In this document: piece after piece, positions 26,501 to 36,483 of the stretch | Numbering within the stretch: the stretch's first letter is position 1 | Layout of the letters: every line of letters starts with the position of its first letter | Source: Kiritimatiellia bacterium | GTDB taxonomy: Bacteria > Verrucomicrobiota > Kiritimatiellia > RFP12 > JBMNHG01 | NCBI GenBank assembly: GCA_050950285.1 | Contig: JBMNHG010000001.1 | Span: forward strand, 1 to 52,886 | Direction: 5' to 3' | Length of the DNA: 52,886 nt | Made by a program: the position numbers and the translations under genes | Notes under the pieces: model-generated | Seen by the model: only the letters and a program-made list of their open reading frames with translations | What the model was told of the DNA's origin: nothing | Databases searched by the model: none

Positions 26501-27944
26501 ATGCGTAACCATCTATCCTTGCTAATAATCCTGCCGGCAGCGCTGCTGGCCGTGGCGGGCTGCTCGACCTTCGACCCAGCCCGGACGCGCGCGGAGCAGA
26601 GCCGCCTCTTCCGCGCGAACGCTCGAGCGCCAGGCGCAGCGAGCTGCTGGCCCGGCCGCTCTCGCTGGACGACTGCATCCGCATCGCGATGACCAACAAC
26701 TACGCGGCGCGCAAGGCCGATCTCGACACGGAGATCATGCGCATCGCCAAGAACACGGCCTTTACCGCCTTCCTGCCCAACGTCTCCCTCTCGGCCGGCT
26801 ACAACGCCCACCACAAGGCGCCGAGCCCCATGAGCGAGAAGCGCTACGGACAGGCCAGCCTCGAGGCGGGCGTGCCGATCTTCATGCCTTCCGCCTGGTT
26901 CCTCTATGCGGCGGCGCGCCATGGCCATAGCGCGGCGGAACTGGCTGCCAACTTCGTCCGCCAGGGCATCGTGCTGGAGACCTCGCAGGCCTACTACCAG
27001 GTGCTGGTGCTGCAGGATACCGTGAACGCGATCGAGACACAGCTCGGCGCCGCGCGCGAGAATGCCGCGCGCATCGAAGGACTCGCCCGCGAGGGCTTCT
27101 TCACCGCCTGGGAACGCGACCAGGCGCGCCTGCAGACCGAGATGCGGCAGGCCGAGCTGGACACCGCACGGCGCCACCTCGAAATCGCGCGCGCCGACCT
27201 GCTGGTGACGCTGGGACTCTCGCCCATCCCGGCCTGCGGATGCCGCAGTACCACCTGCGGCTCTCGGGCGACACCGGCGAGCCGAAACGTCCCGAAGGCA
27301 CGACCGCCGACCTTGTCCTCACGGCGCTCGAGGTGCATCCCATGCTCTCGATCGCCGACCGCCAGGTGGTGATGCAGGAGCATGCCGTGCGCCAGGCCTT
27401 CACCGCCTTCCTGCCGGTGCTCAACCTCACCGCCGCCGGCACCTGGACCGGCAACGACCTGGCCGACGCACGCCTCGAACTGGATGACGGCCTTCGGCGG
27501 CACATGGAAGGTCTTCAGCGGGCTGGCCAACGTCAGCCCGCTACAAGGCGGCAAGGGTCGAGCGGCGGCAGAGCGAGCTCGAGCGCGAATCCACGTTCCT
27601 CAACATCATGGCGCAGGTCATCGCCGCCGAGGCGGCGGTCAGCGATGCCGTCGAGGCGGCACGGATCCGGCAGCGCGCCTACGAGGTGGCCGCCGCCAAG
27701 ATACGCCGACTACGACGCCAAGAGCCGCGAGGGCCTGCTGCCGCTGAGCGACGCCCTGGACGCCCGCGCGGACATGGATCTGGCGCAGGTCGCCATGGTA
27801 AAGAGCCGCTACCAGGAGCGGATCGCCCTCGCGGCTCTGGATCTTGCCATGGGGGTTACGCTCATTCCGGAGTGCAGCCCAGTGAGCCCAACGTTGTCGC
27901 GAGCCTTGTCGGTAACTTTGTCGAAAGAAACCCATGACCTTTAA
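26501..27944 (+). pseudogene. TolC-family outer membrane efflux lipoprotein, multiply frameshifted
   Basis: Lipobox VAGC. OEP-like segments (LSLDDCIRIAMTNN, AFLPNVSLS, ETSQAYYQVL, EVHPML, AFLPVLNL, REGLLPLSDALDA...LDLAMG) are spread across several frames. Confidence 0.8.
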
Positions 27945-27973
27945 CCACGGAAAACTCGAACGTCTACCAGCGC

Positions 27974-29156
27974 ATGAACACACAACCCGCACTCCGCTAC
28001 TTCGCATTCGCGCTTCTGCTGCCGCTGGCCGGGCTGCCGCTCGGCTGCGGCCGCGCCCAGGCACAGGCTCCCGCCAATGAGGCAAAACCGCAGGAGAGCC
28101 GCCCTGGCGGTCCGTGCGCAGGTGGTGACCAACCGCGTCTTCGAGCGCCGGTTCACCGTCCAGGGCACGTTCGAGGCCAAGCGCACCGCCAATGTCGCCG
28201 CCCGCGTGCCGGGCAACCTCGACGCCATCTGGGTGGACGAGGGCGACATCGTCGAGGCCGGCAAGACCCGGCTCTTCCAGATCGATCCGGTCGGCCTCTC
28301 CAACGCCTGGGTCATCGCCGGCCAGCAGTGCGACGTGGCCCGCGCGGGCCTGCAGGTCGCCCAGGCCAGCGCCGCCAAGGTGCGTGCCGAGGCACGCAAG
28401 GTGACCCTCGACTTCGCGCGCTACGACCGGCTGCACAAGGATGGCAAGGTCAGCGACCACGAATACGAGACGGCCCTGACGCTCAACGAGCAGGCCAAGG
28501 CCGGCATCGCCGTCGCCGAGGCACAGGTCGAGCTGGCGGCGCGGCAGGTGGCCCAGGCCGAGGCGTCGCTGGCGATCGCGCGCAAGAATCTCGACGACTC
28601 GCTGGCCATCGCGCCGATCTCCGGCGTGATCAGCCAGCGCAGCGCGGAACCCGGCGAGCTGATGGCGGTGGGCCGCACGATCCTGGTCATCGTCGATCCC
28701 ACCCTGATCGAGGCCGGAGCCTTCCTGCCGGCCCAGTACTACCGGGACGTGGTTCCGGGCGAAACCGCCTTCCGTCTGGAGATCGATGGCCAGCCGGCGG
28801 GAAGCCATCTCGTGGGCTACCGCGCTCCAACCATCAACCCTACCCTGCGCACCTTCGAGATCAAGGGGGTTGTCGACACAAGCACGGTTCCCGCCGTGCC
28901 CGGAGGGATGGCAACGCTCACGATTCTCTTCGAGAGCCGCGAGGGGCTCGGCGTGCCTTCCTCGTCGATCCTGAACCGCGAGGGGAAGAAAGTCGTTTTC
29001 GTAATCCGTGACGGACGGGCCTACCAGACCCCCGTGACGACCGGCTTCCAGAACGGCACCAGCACCGAGATCGTCTCGGGGCTGAAGGCCGGCGACACCG
29101 TGGTCACCGAGGGGCAGACGCTGCTCCGCGACAACCTCGCCGTCGATCAAATCTAG
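27974..29156 (+). pseudogene. RND efflux membrane fusion (periplasmic adaptor) protein, one frameshift near 28100
   Basis: Lipoprotein N-terminus (PLGC) in one frame; VAARVPG...VDEGDIVEAG, IAPISGVIS, GLKAGDTVVTEG in the other. Confidence 0.85.
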
Positions 29157-29178
29157 ACCCGCGGCATCGGAGTAATCC

Positions 29179-32100
29179 ATGTTTCTAGCTACCGCATCCA
29201 CCAAACGACCGATCGCGATGAGCTGCCTGCTCATCGCACTGATCGCCCTTGGGCTGAACTCCTACCGCAAGATGTCGCTGGAGAGCATGCCGAAGGTCGA
29301 CATCCCCTATGTCGCAATTATCACCACCTGGGTCGGTGCCTCGGCAGAGGACATCGAGAAGGACGTCAGCAAGCATATCGAGGACGCCGTCTCGGGAATC
29401 GACGGTCTCAAGCATATCGAGTCCTCCAGCCTTGAGAACGTCAACCAGATGGTGCTGGAGTTCAACATTGACGTTGATGTCGACGTGGCCGCGCAGGATG
29501 TCCGCGAGAAGCTGGACATGGTGCTGGATCAGTTGCCGGCGGACGCCGACCGGCCGGTGATTATCAAGGCCAACATCAACGCGACGCCCATTGCCAACAT
29601 CTTCCTCTCCGGCGACTCGCCGGTCGACGAGCTCTACGACTACGCCGACAACGTGATAGCCGACCGCTTCGCCACCGTGCCGGGCGTCGCCGAAGTTCAA
29701 CTGATCGGCGGCAACGAGCGCGAGGTGTGGGTGGAACTGGACCGCGACGCCCTGGCGGCGGCGGGTCTGACCAGCCTGGACGTCGCGGGCGCCCTGCAGG
29801 GGGCGATCCTCTCGCTGCCCGGCGGGCGCATCCGCCAGGCGGGCAACGAGCTGGCGGTGCGTTTCGACGCCGAATACTCATCGGTCGAGGCCATCAGGGA
29901 ACTGGAGGTTGTCAGCCGCGATGGCGCCCGGCGCCGCATCGGAGACCTTGGCCGAATCCGCATGGCTACCGAAGAGGTGCGCCAGCGCGCGATCCTCGAT
30001 GGCCGCCAGGGCGTGGTGCTCAAGGTGGTCAAGAAGGCGGAGGGCAATACCGTCGCGGTCGTCCGCGAGACGCAGAAGCGCTTCGAGGAGCTGAGCCGCG
30101 AACTGCCCGGCGGCATGCAGCTGACCTGGGTTTCGGACGAGTCGGCGAGCGTGGTCGACTCCGTCAATTCCGCAGTGGAGAGCATCTGGCAGGCAATCCT
30201 GCTCTGCGCGATTATCCTCTTCGTCTTCCTTGTCAACATCCGCACAACGGTGATCGTCGCCATCACGATGCCGGTGACCGTCGTGATCAGTCTCTTCTTC
30301 ATGCATCTGTCGGGGCAGTCGCTCAACACCGTCACCCTGCTGGCCATCGGTCTCTCGACCGGTGTGCTCGTCTCCAACTCGATCGTCGTGCTCGAGAACG
30401 TTGTTTCAAGGTTCGAGGAGCTGGATGACCGCTGGGAGGCGGCCGGACAGGGTGCCTCGGAAGTAGGCGTTGCGGTCCTTGCCTCGGCCGGCACCAACGT
30501 AGTCGTGATGCTGCCGCTGGCCATGATGGCGAGCATGGTCGGCATCATGCTGCGCGCCTTCGCCGTGACCACGCTGATCGTCAACGCCGTATCTATCCTG
30601 ATCAGCTTCACGCTGACCCCGATCCTCTGCGCCATGCTGCTGCAGCCGGCCAGCCAGCGCCGCGACAACGTCTTCTCGCGCTTCGGCCAGCGCTGGCTGC
30701 GCAGCTTCCAGTATTTTGCCGTGCGCTACACCAGGGTGATCCGCCGCATCGCCTGGCACAAGTCCCTCAACATCGCCATCGTGCTCGGGTTCGTCGTGGT
30801 CTTCTTCCTGACACTGAAAGTCGGCGCCTCGCGGCTCGGCTTCAGCTTCTTCGAGACCACCGACCGCGGCCGTATCTTCATCCGGGCCGACTTCCCCTCC
30901 TACTACAATCTTGAAAAGACGGTCAGCCGGCTTGAAGGCATCCAGGCGCGCCTGATGGATCTGCCGGATCTCACGCACATCCTGACCACGGCGGGCAAGG
31001 CCGAGGCGTTCGGCGGCCAGCCGAACGAGGGCGTCTACCTGGGACAGATCGAGCTCTTCTTCAAGCCCAAGACGGAGCGCGACTGGAAGATACTGGATCT
31101 GCTCAGCGACATCCGCGCCATGCTGGCCACCGAGACCGACTGCCTGCTCTCGGCCTCGGTGCAGAGCGGAATGGGCGGTGGCCAGAGCTTCGCAGATCAA
31201 CTACAACCTCACCGGTGAGGACCTCGACATCCTGGAGAGCGCCGCCAACGCAATCCAGGAAGTGGCGCGCGACGTGCCGGGCGTGGAGCAGCTCGACACG
31301 ACCGTCCGCGAGCGCAAGCCAGAAATCCGCGTGGTGCCGAAGCGAACCATCCTTGCCGACCTCGGCATGCCGGCCATGCGGCTCGGCACGATCGTGCGGG
31401 CCAACATCGAGGGTATCGAGGCCGCCAGCTACAAGCGCGGCGACCGCACCTACGATATCCGCGTCAAGCTGGCTGAGCAACCCGGCAAGGAGCAGATCCG
31501 CCAGTTCATGCTGCCGGGCACCGATGGCCGCCCGATACCGCTCGATGCCGTGGCCGATGTCGTGGACAGCCGCTCAACGATCCAGATCTTCCGCGTCGAC
31601 AAGCAGCGGACAGTCAAGATTCTGGGCGACATCGTGCCGGGCGCGACCATGAGCGAGGTCAATCAGCGCGTCGCAGCGGCGATCGAGGAGCGGAATCTGC
31701 TTCCTCCGGGCTACCGCCTCGACACGTCGGGCATGAGCGAGATGATGGGCGAGGCGCTGGCCGACTTTGCCGAGGCGCTGCTGCTGGCGGCCTTCCTGAC
31801 ACTGCTGACGCTCGCGGCAATCCTCGAGTCGTGGAGCCGTCCGGCGCTGGTGCTGCTGACGCTGCCCATGGGGCTCATCGGCGTGATCTGGTCACTTGTG
31901 CTGAGCGGCTCCGCCATCACCATCCTCGTGCTGCTCGGCACGCTGATGCTGATCGGCGTGGTGGTCAACGCCGCCATTCTGATCGTTGACAAGATGGCGC
32001 AGAACCTGCATGCGGGCATGGGCCGCCGCGAGGCGATGCTGGCGGCCCTGGCCGACCAGTTCCGCCCCGTGCTGATGGTGGTGCTCGCGTCGAGCCTCGG

Positions 32101-32260
32101 CATGCTGCCGATCGCGCTAAGCACGGGTATCGGCTCCGAGAACCGGGCCGGCATCGGCATCGCCTCGTTGGGCGGCATCATTGTCGCCGGCGTGCTGACG
32201 CTCACGGTGCTGCCGCTGATCTACCTTCTCTTCACCCGAAGGCCCGGCAGACGCAAGTAG
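29179..32260 (+). pseudogene. AcrB/AcrD/AcrF-family RND permease, one frameshift near 31190
   Basis: KRPIAM, PKVDIP, IEDAVSGIDGLK, VSNSIVVLEN, LTPILCA; second frame GVVVNAAILIVD, FRPVLM, LTLTVLP. Confidence 0.9.
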
Positions 32261-32271
32261 AAGAATCTGAA

Positions 32272-33288
32272 ATGCCCAGCCTCCTCTACTATCTCCACAA
32301 TGGCCGACGGGGCAAGTTTCCGGCATACGTCCAAGGATGGGTCAACCAGATCCTCCCCACCGCCTTCTTTCGCCATCGGCTTGCCGGCATTCTCGGGAAG
32401 GCGGGCTCCCGCCCCGACTACACCGAACTCCTCGCCCGCGTGGAATACTGCAATAAACTTGCGCCGGGCACGGCGCTCGGCCCGGCCCCCACGCGCCTTG
32501 CCGACCTCAGCCTCTCCAATATCGCCACCACCTATTTCCACGATGCCTTCAAGTACACCCGCTACTTTCCGCAGGACAACCGTTGGAACTATCTCCCCGG
32601 CGACATCTCATGGATTCCGGAAGTCCCGTCGATCGTCAAGAGCCGCCCCATCGCCGGCGACAACGCCAACGGCGTCCTGATGCGCCTCAACGACGTCCGC
32701 CACTTCAACTTCGTGAAGTCCGACATCCCCTTCCAGAAAAAGGATGACATCCTCGTCTTTCGCGGCAAGATTTGGAACAAGCCCAAGCGGATGCGTTTTT
32801 TCGAGAAACACTTCGGCAAACCGGGAATCGACATCGGCGCGACCGACTCGCACGGATACACGGAAGAGGAGGCCGCGAAATTCTTTGGACCGGGTTGCGG
32901 CGACAAATCGCACTGGCGCGGCAACAAGCTCACCCTTGCGCAACAACTCCGGCACAAGTTCATCCTCTGCCTCGAGGGCTATGACGTCGCGACGAGCCTC
33001 AAGTGGGCGATGTCGTCGAACTCCATCGCCGTAATGCCCCGGCCGGAGTTCGAAACCTGGTTCATGGAAGGCACCCTCGTGCCCGGGGTCCACTACATTG
33101 AAATCCGTCCCGACTACGAGGATTTGATGGAGAAGCTCGCGTATTACGCGGACAAGGCACACGAGGCGGAAGCGCTGGAGATCATCCGGAACGCGCATCG
33201 ACACGTCGCGAGATTCCAAGACATGGAGTTCGAGAAGATCGCCTCCCTCATGGTTCTCGACAAGTACTTCCGATCCACCCTTCCATGA
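32272..33288 (+). CDS. Glycosyltransferase family 90 (LpsA-like) protein
   Basis: PSIVKSRPI, LNDVRHFNFV, VFRG, HKFILCLEGYDVATSLKWAMSSNS...FETWFMEGTLVPGVHYI. Confidence 0.85.
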   Translation: MPSLLYYLHNGRRGKFPAYVQGWVNQILPTAFFRHRLAGILGKAGSRPDYTELLARVEYCNKLAPGTALGPAPTRLADLSLSNIATTYFHDAFKYTRYFPQDNRWNYLPGDISWIPEVPSIVKSRPIAGDNANGVLMRLNDVRHFNFVKSDIPFQKKDDILVFRGKIWNKPKRMRFFEKHFGKPGIDIGATDSHGYTEEEAAKFFGPGCGDKSHWRGNKLTLAQQLRHKFILCLEGYDVATSLKWAMSSNSIAVMPRPEFETWFMEGTLVPGVHYIEIRPDYEDLMEKLAYYADKAHEAEALEIIRNAHRHVARFQDMEFEKIASLMVLDKYFRSTLP

Positions 33289-33375
33289 AACACCGGCGGT
33301 TCCCCTGCTCCGGGCGGAATCGCGAGGACATCGCATCGGATGGCGCCCGGCGCGGCTGTACGCACATCGTGAAAC

Positions 33376-33727
33376 TGGTGGAGGCGGGGGGAGTCGAACC
33401 CCCGTCCGAAATGGAGTCACCCAAGCGTCTACATGCGTGTTCCGTCGTTGAATCTTACTTCCGGACAAGACGGCGGACAGACACGTCCGGAAGCCAGTGT
33501 CCACGTTGATGCAAGCGCGGTTGTTCGGTCACCCAGCAACCGGCAGGTCCTGCTGTTGACGCACGCACCGCTTAGCAGGGGTCTGCGGGAGTGCGCGTGG
33601 CTTGATTAAGCCGCGAGAGCCATATCGTTGGCGGTTACGTTTTTTCCCGGATGATTTACGAGGCCAACCAGGATTCCTCGGCATGCAGCTTGGACTTCAA
33701 CCACCCCGTCGAAACCGGAACGCCCCC
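33376..33727 (-). ncRNA. ssrA: tmRNA (one-piece), tag reading frame ANDMALAA* at 33632-33606
   Basis: 5' GGGGGCGTTCCGGTTTCGACGGGG; 3' T-arm GGGGGTTCGACTCCCCC then CGCCTCCACCA; tag ends ALAA-TAA; 352 nt. Confidence 0.97.
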
Positions 33728-33774
33728 AAGAAGATCGCGTTCCGCGGCTTGTCCGCGGTCGGGAAATCGACCCA

Positions 33775-33803
33775 AGCGTAACATGCCATCGGGCCGGGCG
33801 CAA
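33775..33803 (-). promoter_or_regulatory. Putative sigma70 promoter of ssrA
   Basis: TTGCGC, 17 bp spacer ending in TGt, TACGCT. Confidence 0.55.
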
Positions 33804-33848
33804 GCGCGGATTTTCGTTCGCGGCGGAAAGGGCAAGGCGTTCCGCGGG

Positions 33849-35579
33849 TCAGTCCTCCGTGCCGGGGGAGGGGGCTGTGGGCCGGTTGCGGCGCGAGAGG
33901 ACGAGCGGGACGATTTCGAACGGCTCGCGGACGCGGAGCAGCCACAGCCCCGCGAGGGCGGCCAGGGCGCCGGCCCCGCCGCCCAGGAGCAGGCGGGCCA
34001 TGTCCTCGACGCGTCCGTCGAGCTGGGCGGGGTCGATCGGCAGCAAGGCGGCGCAGCGGGAGGCGGCCCATGCCGCGACGCCCGAGGCGACGGCGACGGC
34101 GAGCACTCGCACGAGGAACCAGGCCGTCGCACGGGGGGGGAAGACGGGTGCGCTGGAACGGAGCATCGCCACGAGCGCCACGCATTTGAAGACGCGCGTG
34201 ATGGAGAAGCCGCCCGCGATGGCCGCCAGCGTGATCCATCCTTCGCCGAAGCCGCGAAGGTGCAGGGCGTCGCAGGCTCGGACGGCCCACGGGAGCGCGG
34301 TCTCGATCCCGCCGGCGGCCAGGTCGAGTTGCATGCCCGTCCAGCTGACCAGCATGCTCAGCGACGAAAAGACGATGCCGACGACCGTCATCGCCACCAT
34401 GCGGCGGTTCGCGAAGAAGCCCCGCATGGCGAGAGCCTCCACGGCGGAGGCGGGGATGACCAGCACGTACAAGGCGGTCGAGAGCGATGCGATTTCGACG
34501 GCTTCGGCGTCGAACTGTCCGCCATGGAAGATGAAGTGGGTGAGCGGGAACGCCAGCACCGCCAGCACCGTGACGAAGGGGAGGAAGACCGCAAGCAGGA
34601 AGCGGCCCATGCGGGTGAGCGTCTCGGCGAATTTCACGGTGTCGTTGTTGTCGACCAGTTTGCAGAAGAAGGGGAACACCGCGGTGGAGAGGGTGAGCGG
34701 CACGAGCGTGTGGATTGCGCCCTGCAGCATGCGTCCGACCGAATTGGCGCGCATGAGGCCCGTGCTTTCCAGGCGGCTGAGCACCGTCACGTTGTTGAAG
34801 AGGTCGCGCAATTTCGCGAAGAGGATCCCCGCGATCAGCGGGAGCATCAGCCGGTACAGGCGTTTCATCGCGGGGGAGCCCCAGTCGAAGGAAGGGCGGA
34901 AGAAGCGCACCTTGTCGCGCAGGCCCACGAGGTGCGTCCCGACTTTGAGCAGCGCCCCGACAACCAATCCGGCCATCAGCAGAATCCGGGCGTCGCCGCG
35001 GAGGAAGACGACGCCCACGAGCAGCGCCGCGACCACGGTGAACTTCCACACGGCGTCGCCGAAGGCCGCGAGGAAGAAGCGCTGGTAGGCGTTGAGGATC
35101 ACGTAGGTGGTGGTTCCGAGCGAAAGGCCGATCAACGCGGGGGCCAGCCATCGCACGCCGACGCACCCGAGGCGGAAGCGGTCGGAGTCCGGCGCCCAGT
35201 CCGTCCAGAGCCGAACCATCCAGTCCGGGAAGAGCATCAGCAGGGCCACCGTCCCCACGAGGATCACCGCCTGGAGCGTGAGCACGGAGTTCGCGAAGCG
35301 CCAGCCCTTGCGGTCGTCGCCGTCGCCCAGTTCTTCGAGGAAGACCGGCATGAAGGCGGGCGCGAGACTTTCCTCGCCGATGAGGAAGAGTCCGTAGATG
35401 CAGTTCTGGAAGACGAACGAGTAGAGGACGTCGAAGTCGCCCGGCAGAAGGCAGTGGCCCATCACCTTGGCCTGGATCAGGCCCGCGAGCTTGAAGAGCA
35501 GGTTCGCGACGATGATGAGCGCGGTGGCCCTGAAAATCTTTTTCCCCAGCGAGGCGGGGGGCTTGGAGGTCGGGTGCAT
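33849..35579 (-). CDS. murJ: Lipid II flippase MurJ/MviN family
   Basis: 576 aa multi-TM protein. IFRATALII...GEESLAPAFMPVF, LNAYQRFFLAA, LSTAVFP, GGQFD, RGFFA. Confidence 0.8.
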   Translation of the reverse strand: MHPTSKPPASLGKKIFRATALIIVANLLFKLAGLIQAKVMGHCLLPGDFDVLYSFVFQNCIYGLFLIGEESLAPAFMPVFLEELGDGDDRKGWRFANSVLTLQAVILVGTVALLMLFPDWMVRLWTDWAPDSDRFRLGCVGVRWLAPALIGLSLGTTTYVILNAYQRFFLAAFGDAVWKFTVVAALLVGVVFLRGDARILLMAGLVVGALLKVGTHLVGLRDKVRFFRPSFDWGSPAMKRLYRLMLPLIAGILFAKLRDLFNNVTVLSRLESTGLMRANSVGRMLQGAIHTLVPLTLSTAVFPFFCKLVDNNDTVKFAETLTRMGRFLLAVFLPFVTVLAVLAFPLTHFIFHGGQFDAEAVEIASLSTALYVLVIPASAVEALAMRGFFANRRMVAMTVVGIVFSSLSMLVSWTGMQLDLAAGGIETALPWAVRACDALHLRGFGEGWITLAAIAGGFSITRVFKCVALVAMLRSSAPVFPPRATAWFLVRVLAVAVASGVAAWAASRCAALLPIDPAQLDGRVEDMARLLLGGGAGALAALAGLWLLRVREPFEIVPLVLSRRNRPTAPSPGTED

Positions 35580-35622
35580 GGGGGAAAGAACGGCGCGGGG
35601 ATGCGGCGGGAGGGCTGTCCGC

Positions 35623-36429
35623 TCATCGTGCGGCGGGAGGGGCGGGGGCGCGGCCCAGGCGGGCCATCACCTTCTTGAGATCCTCCCAGGCGTCGCGCTT
35701 GGCCACCGGATACCGCAGGAGGTAGGCCGGATGGAAGGTGGGCATCACGGGGATTCCGCGGTAGGCGAACCACCGCCCGCGCATCCGGGAGAGCCCGCTC
35801 GAGGAGGAAAGGAGGATCTGCGCCGCGATGCGCCCGAGGGTGACGATGGTCTTGGGGCGGATGAGGTCGATTTGCCCGTTGAGATAGCCGATGCAGGCCG
35901 CGGCCTCTTCGGGCTTGGGGTCCCGGTTGCCCGGCGGACGGCACTTGCAGATGTTGGCGATGAAGACCTCGTCGCGGGTGTAGCCCATGGCGGCGATCAT
36001 CTTCGTGAGGAGTTGTCCGGCGGCGCCGACGAAGGCGAGGCCCTGCTGGTCTTCGTCGTGCCCGGGCGCCTCCCCGATGAAGAGGACGTCGGGGCGCTCG
36101 GGATTGCCTTGCCCGGGAACGACCTTCGTGCGCGTGGCGGCGAGGGGGCAGCGCGAACAGGACTGGAGGTCGCTTTCGAGGCGTTCGAGCGCGGCGCGGC
36201 GTGCCGCGGGCGAATCGGCCGCCTCCCCGGGGGCGGCCGGCGAAGCCGTGAGCGTGAGCGGTTCCGGCGCGGGGGCGGCAGGACGGGTGCGCGCCGCGGC
36301 TTCGGCGGCGAGCTGGGCGGGGGAGGGGAGGATGCTCTCCGGCGGGAGGCTGAGCGAACGATCGCCGCACTCGTGGCGATAGGCCAGGTAGTCGCCCACC
36401 GCATCCAGGATGTCGTTCCATTCATTCAC
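35623..36429 (-). CDS. Uracil-DNA glycosylase family 4 (Fe-S)
   Basis: CSRCPL, FIGEAPG, FVGAAG, ANICKCRPPGNRDP, TFHPAYLLR; GTG start at 36429. Confidence 0.93.
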   Translation of the reverse strand: MNEWNDILDAVGDYLAYRHECGDRSLSLPPESILPSPAQLAAEAAARTRPAAPAPEPLTLTASPAAPGEAADSPAARRAALERLESDLQSCSRCPLAATRTKVVPGQGNPERPDVLFIGEAPGHDEDQQGLAFVGAAGQLLTKMIAAMGYTRDEVFIANICKCRPPGNRDPKPEEAAACIGYLNGQIDLIRPKTIVTLGRIAAQILLSSSSGLSRMRGRWFAYRGIPVMPTFHPAYLLRYPVAKRDAWEDLKKVMARLGRAPAPPAAR

Positions 36430-36483
36430 GGAAGACGAAGGATAGCACGCCGCCTCCCGCCTTGGCAAATCTCCGTTGCCGCT

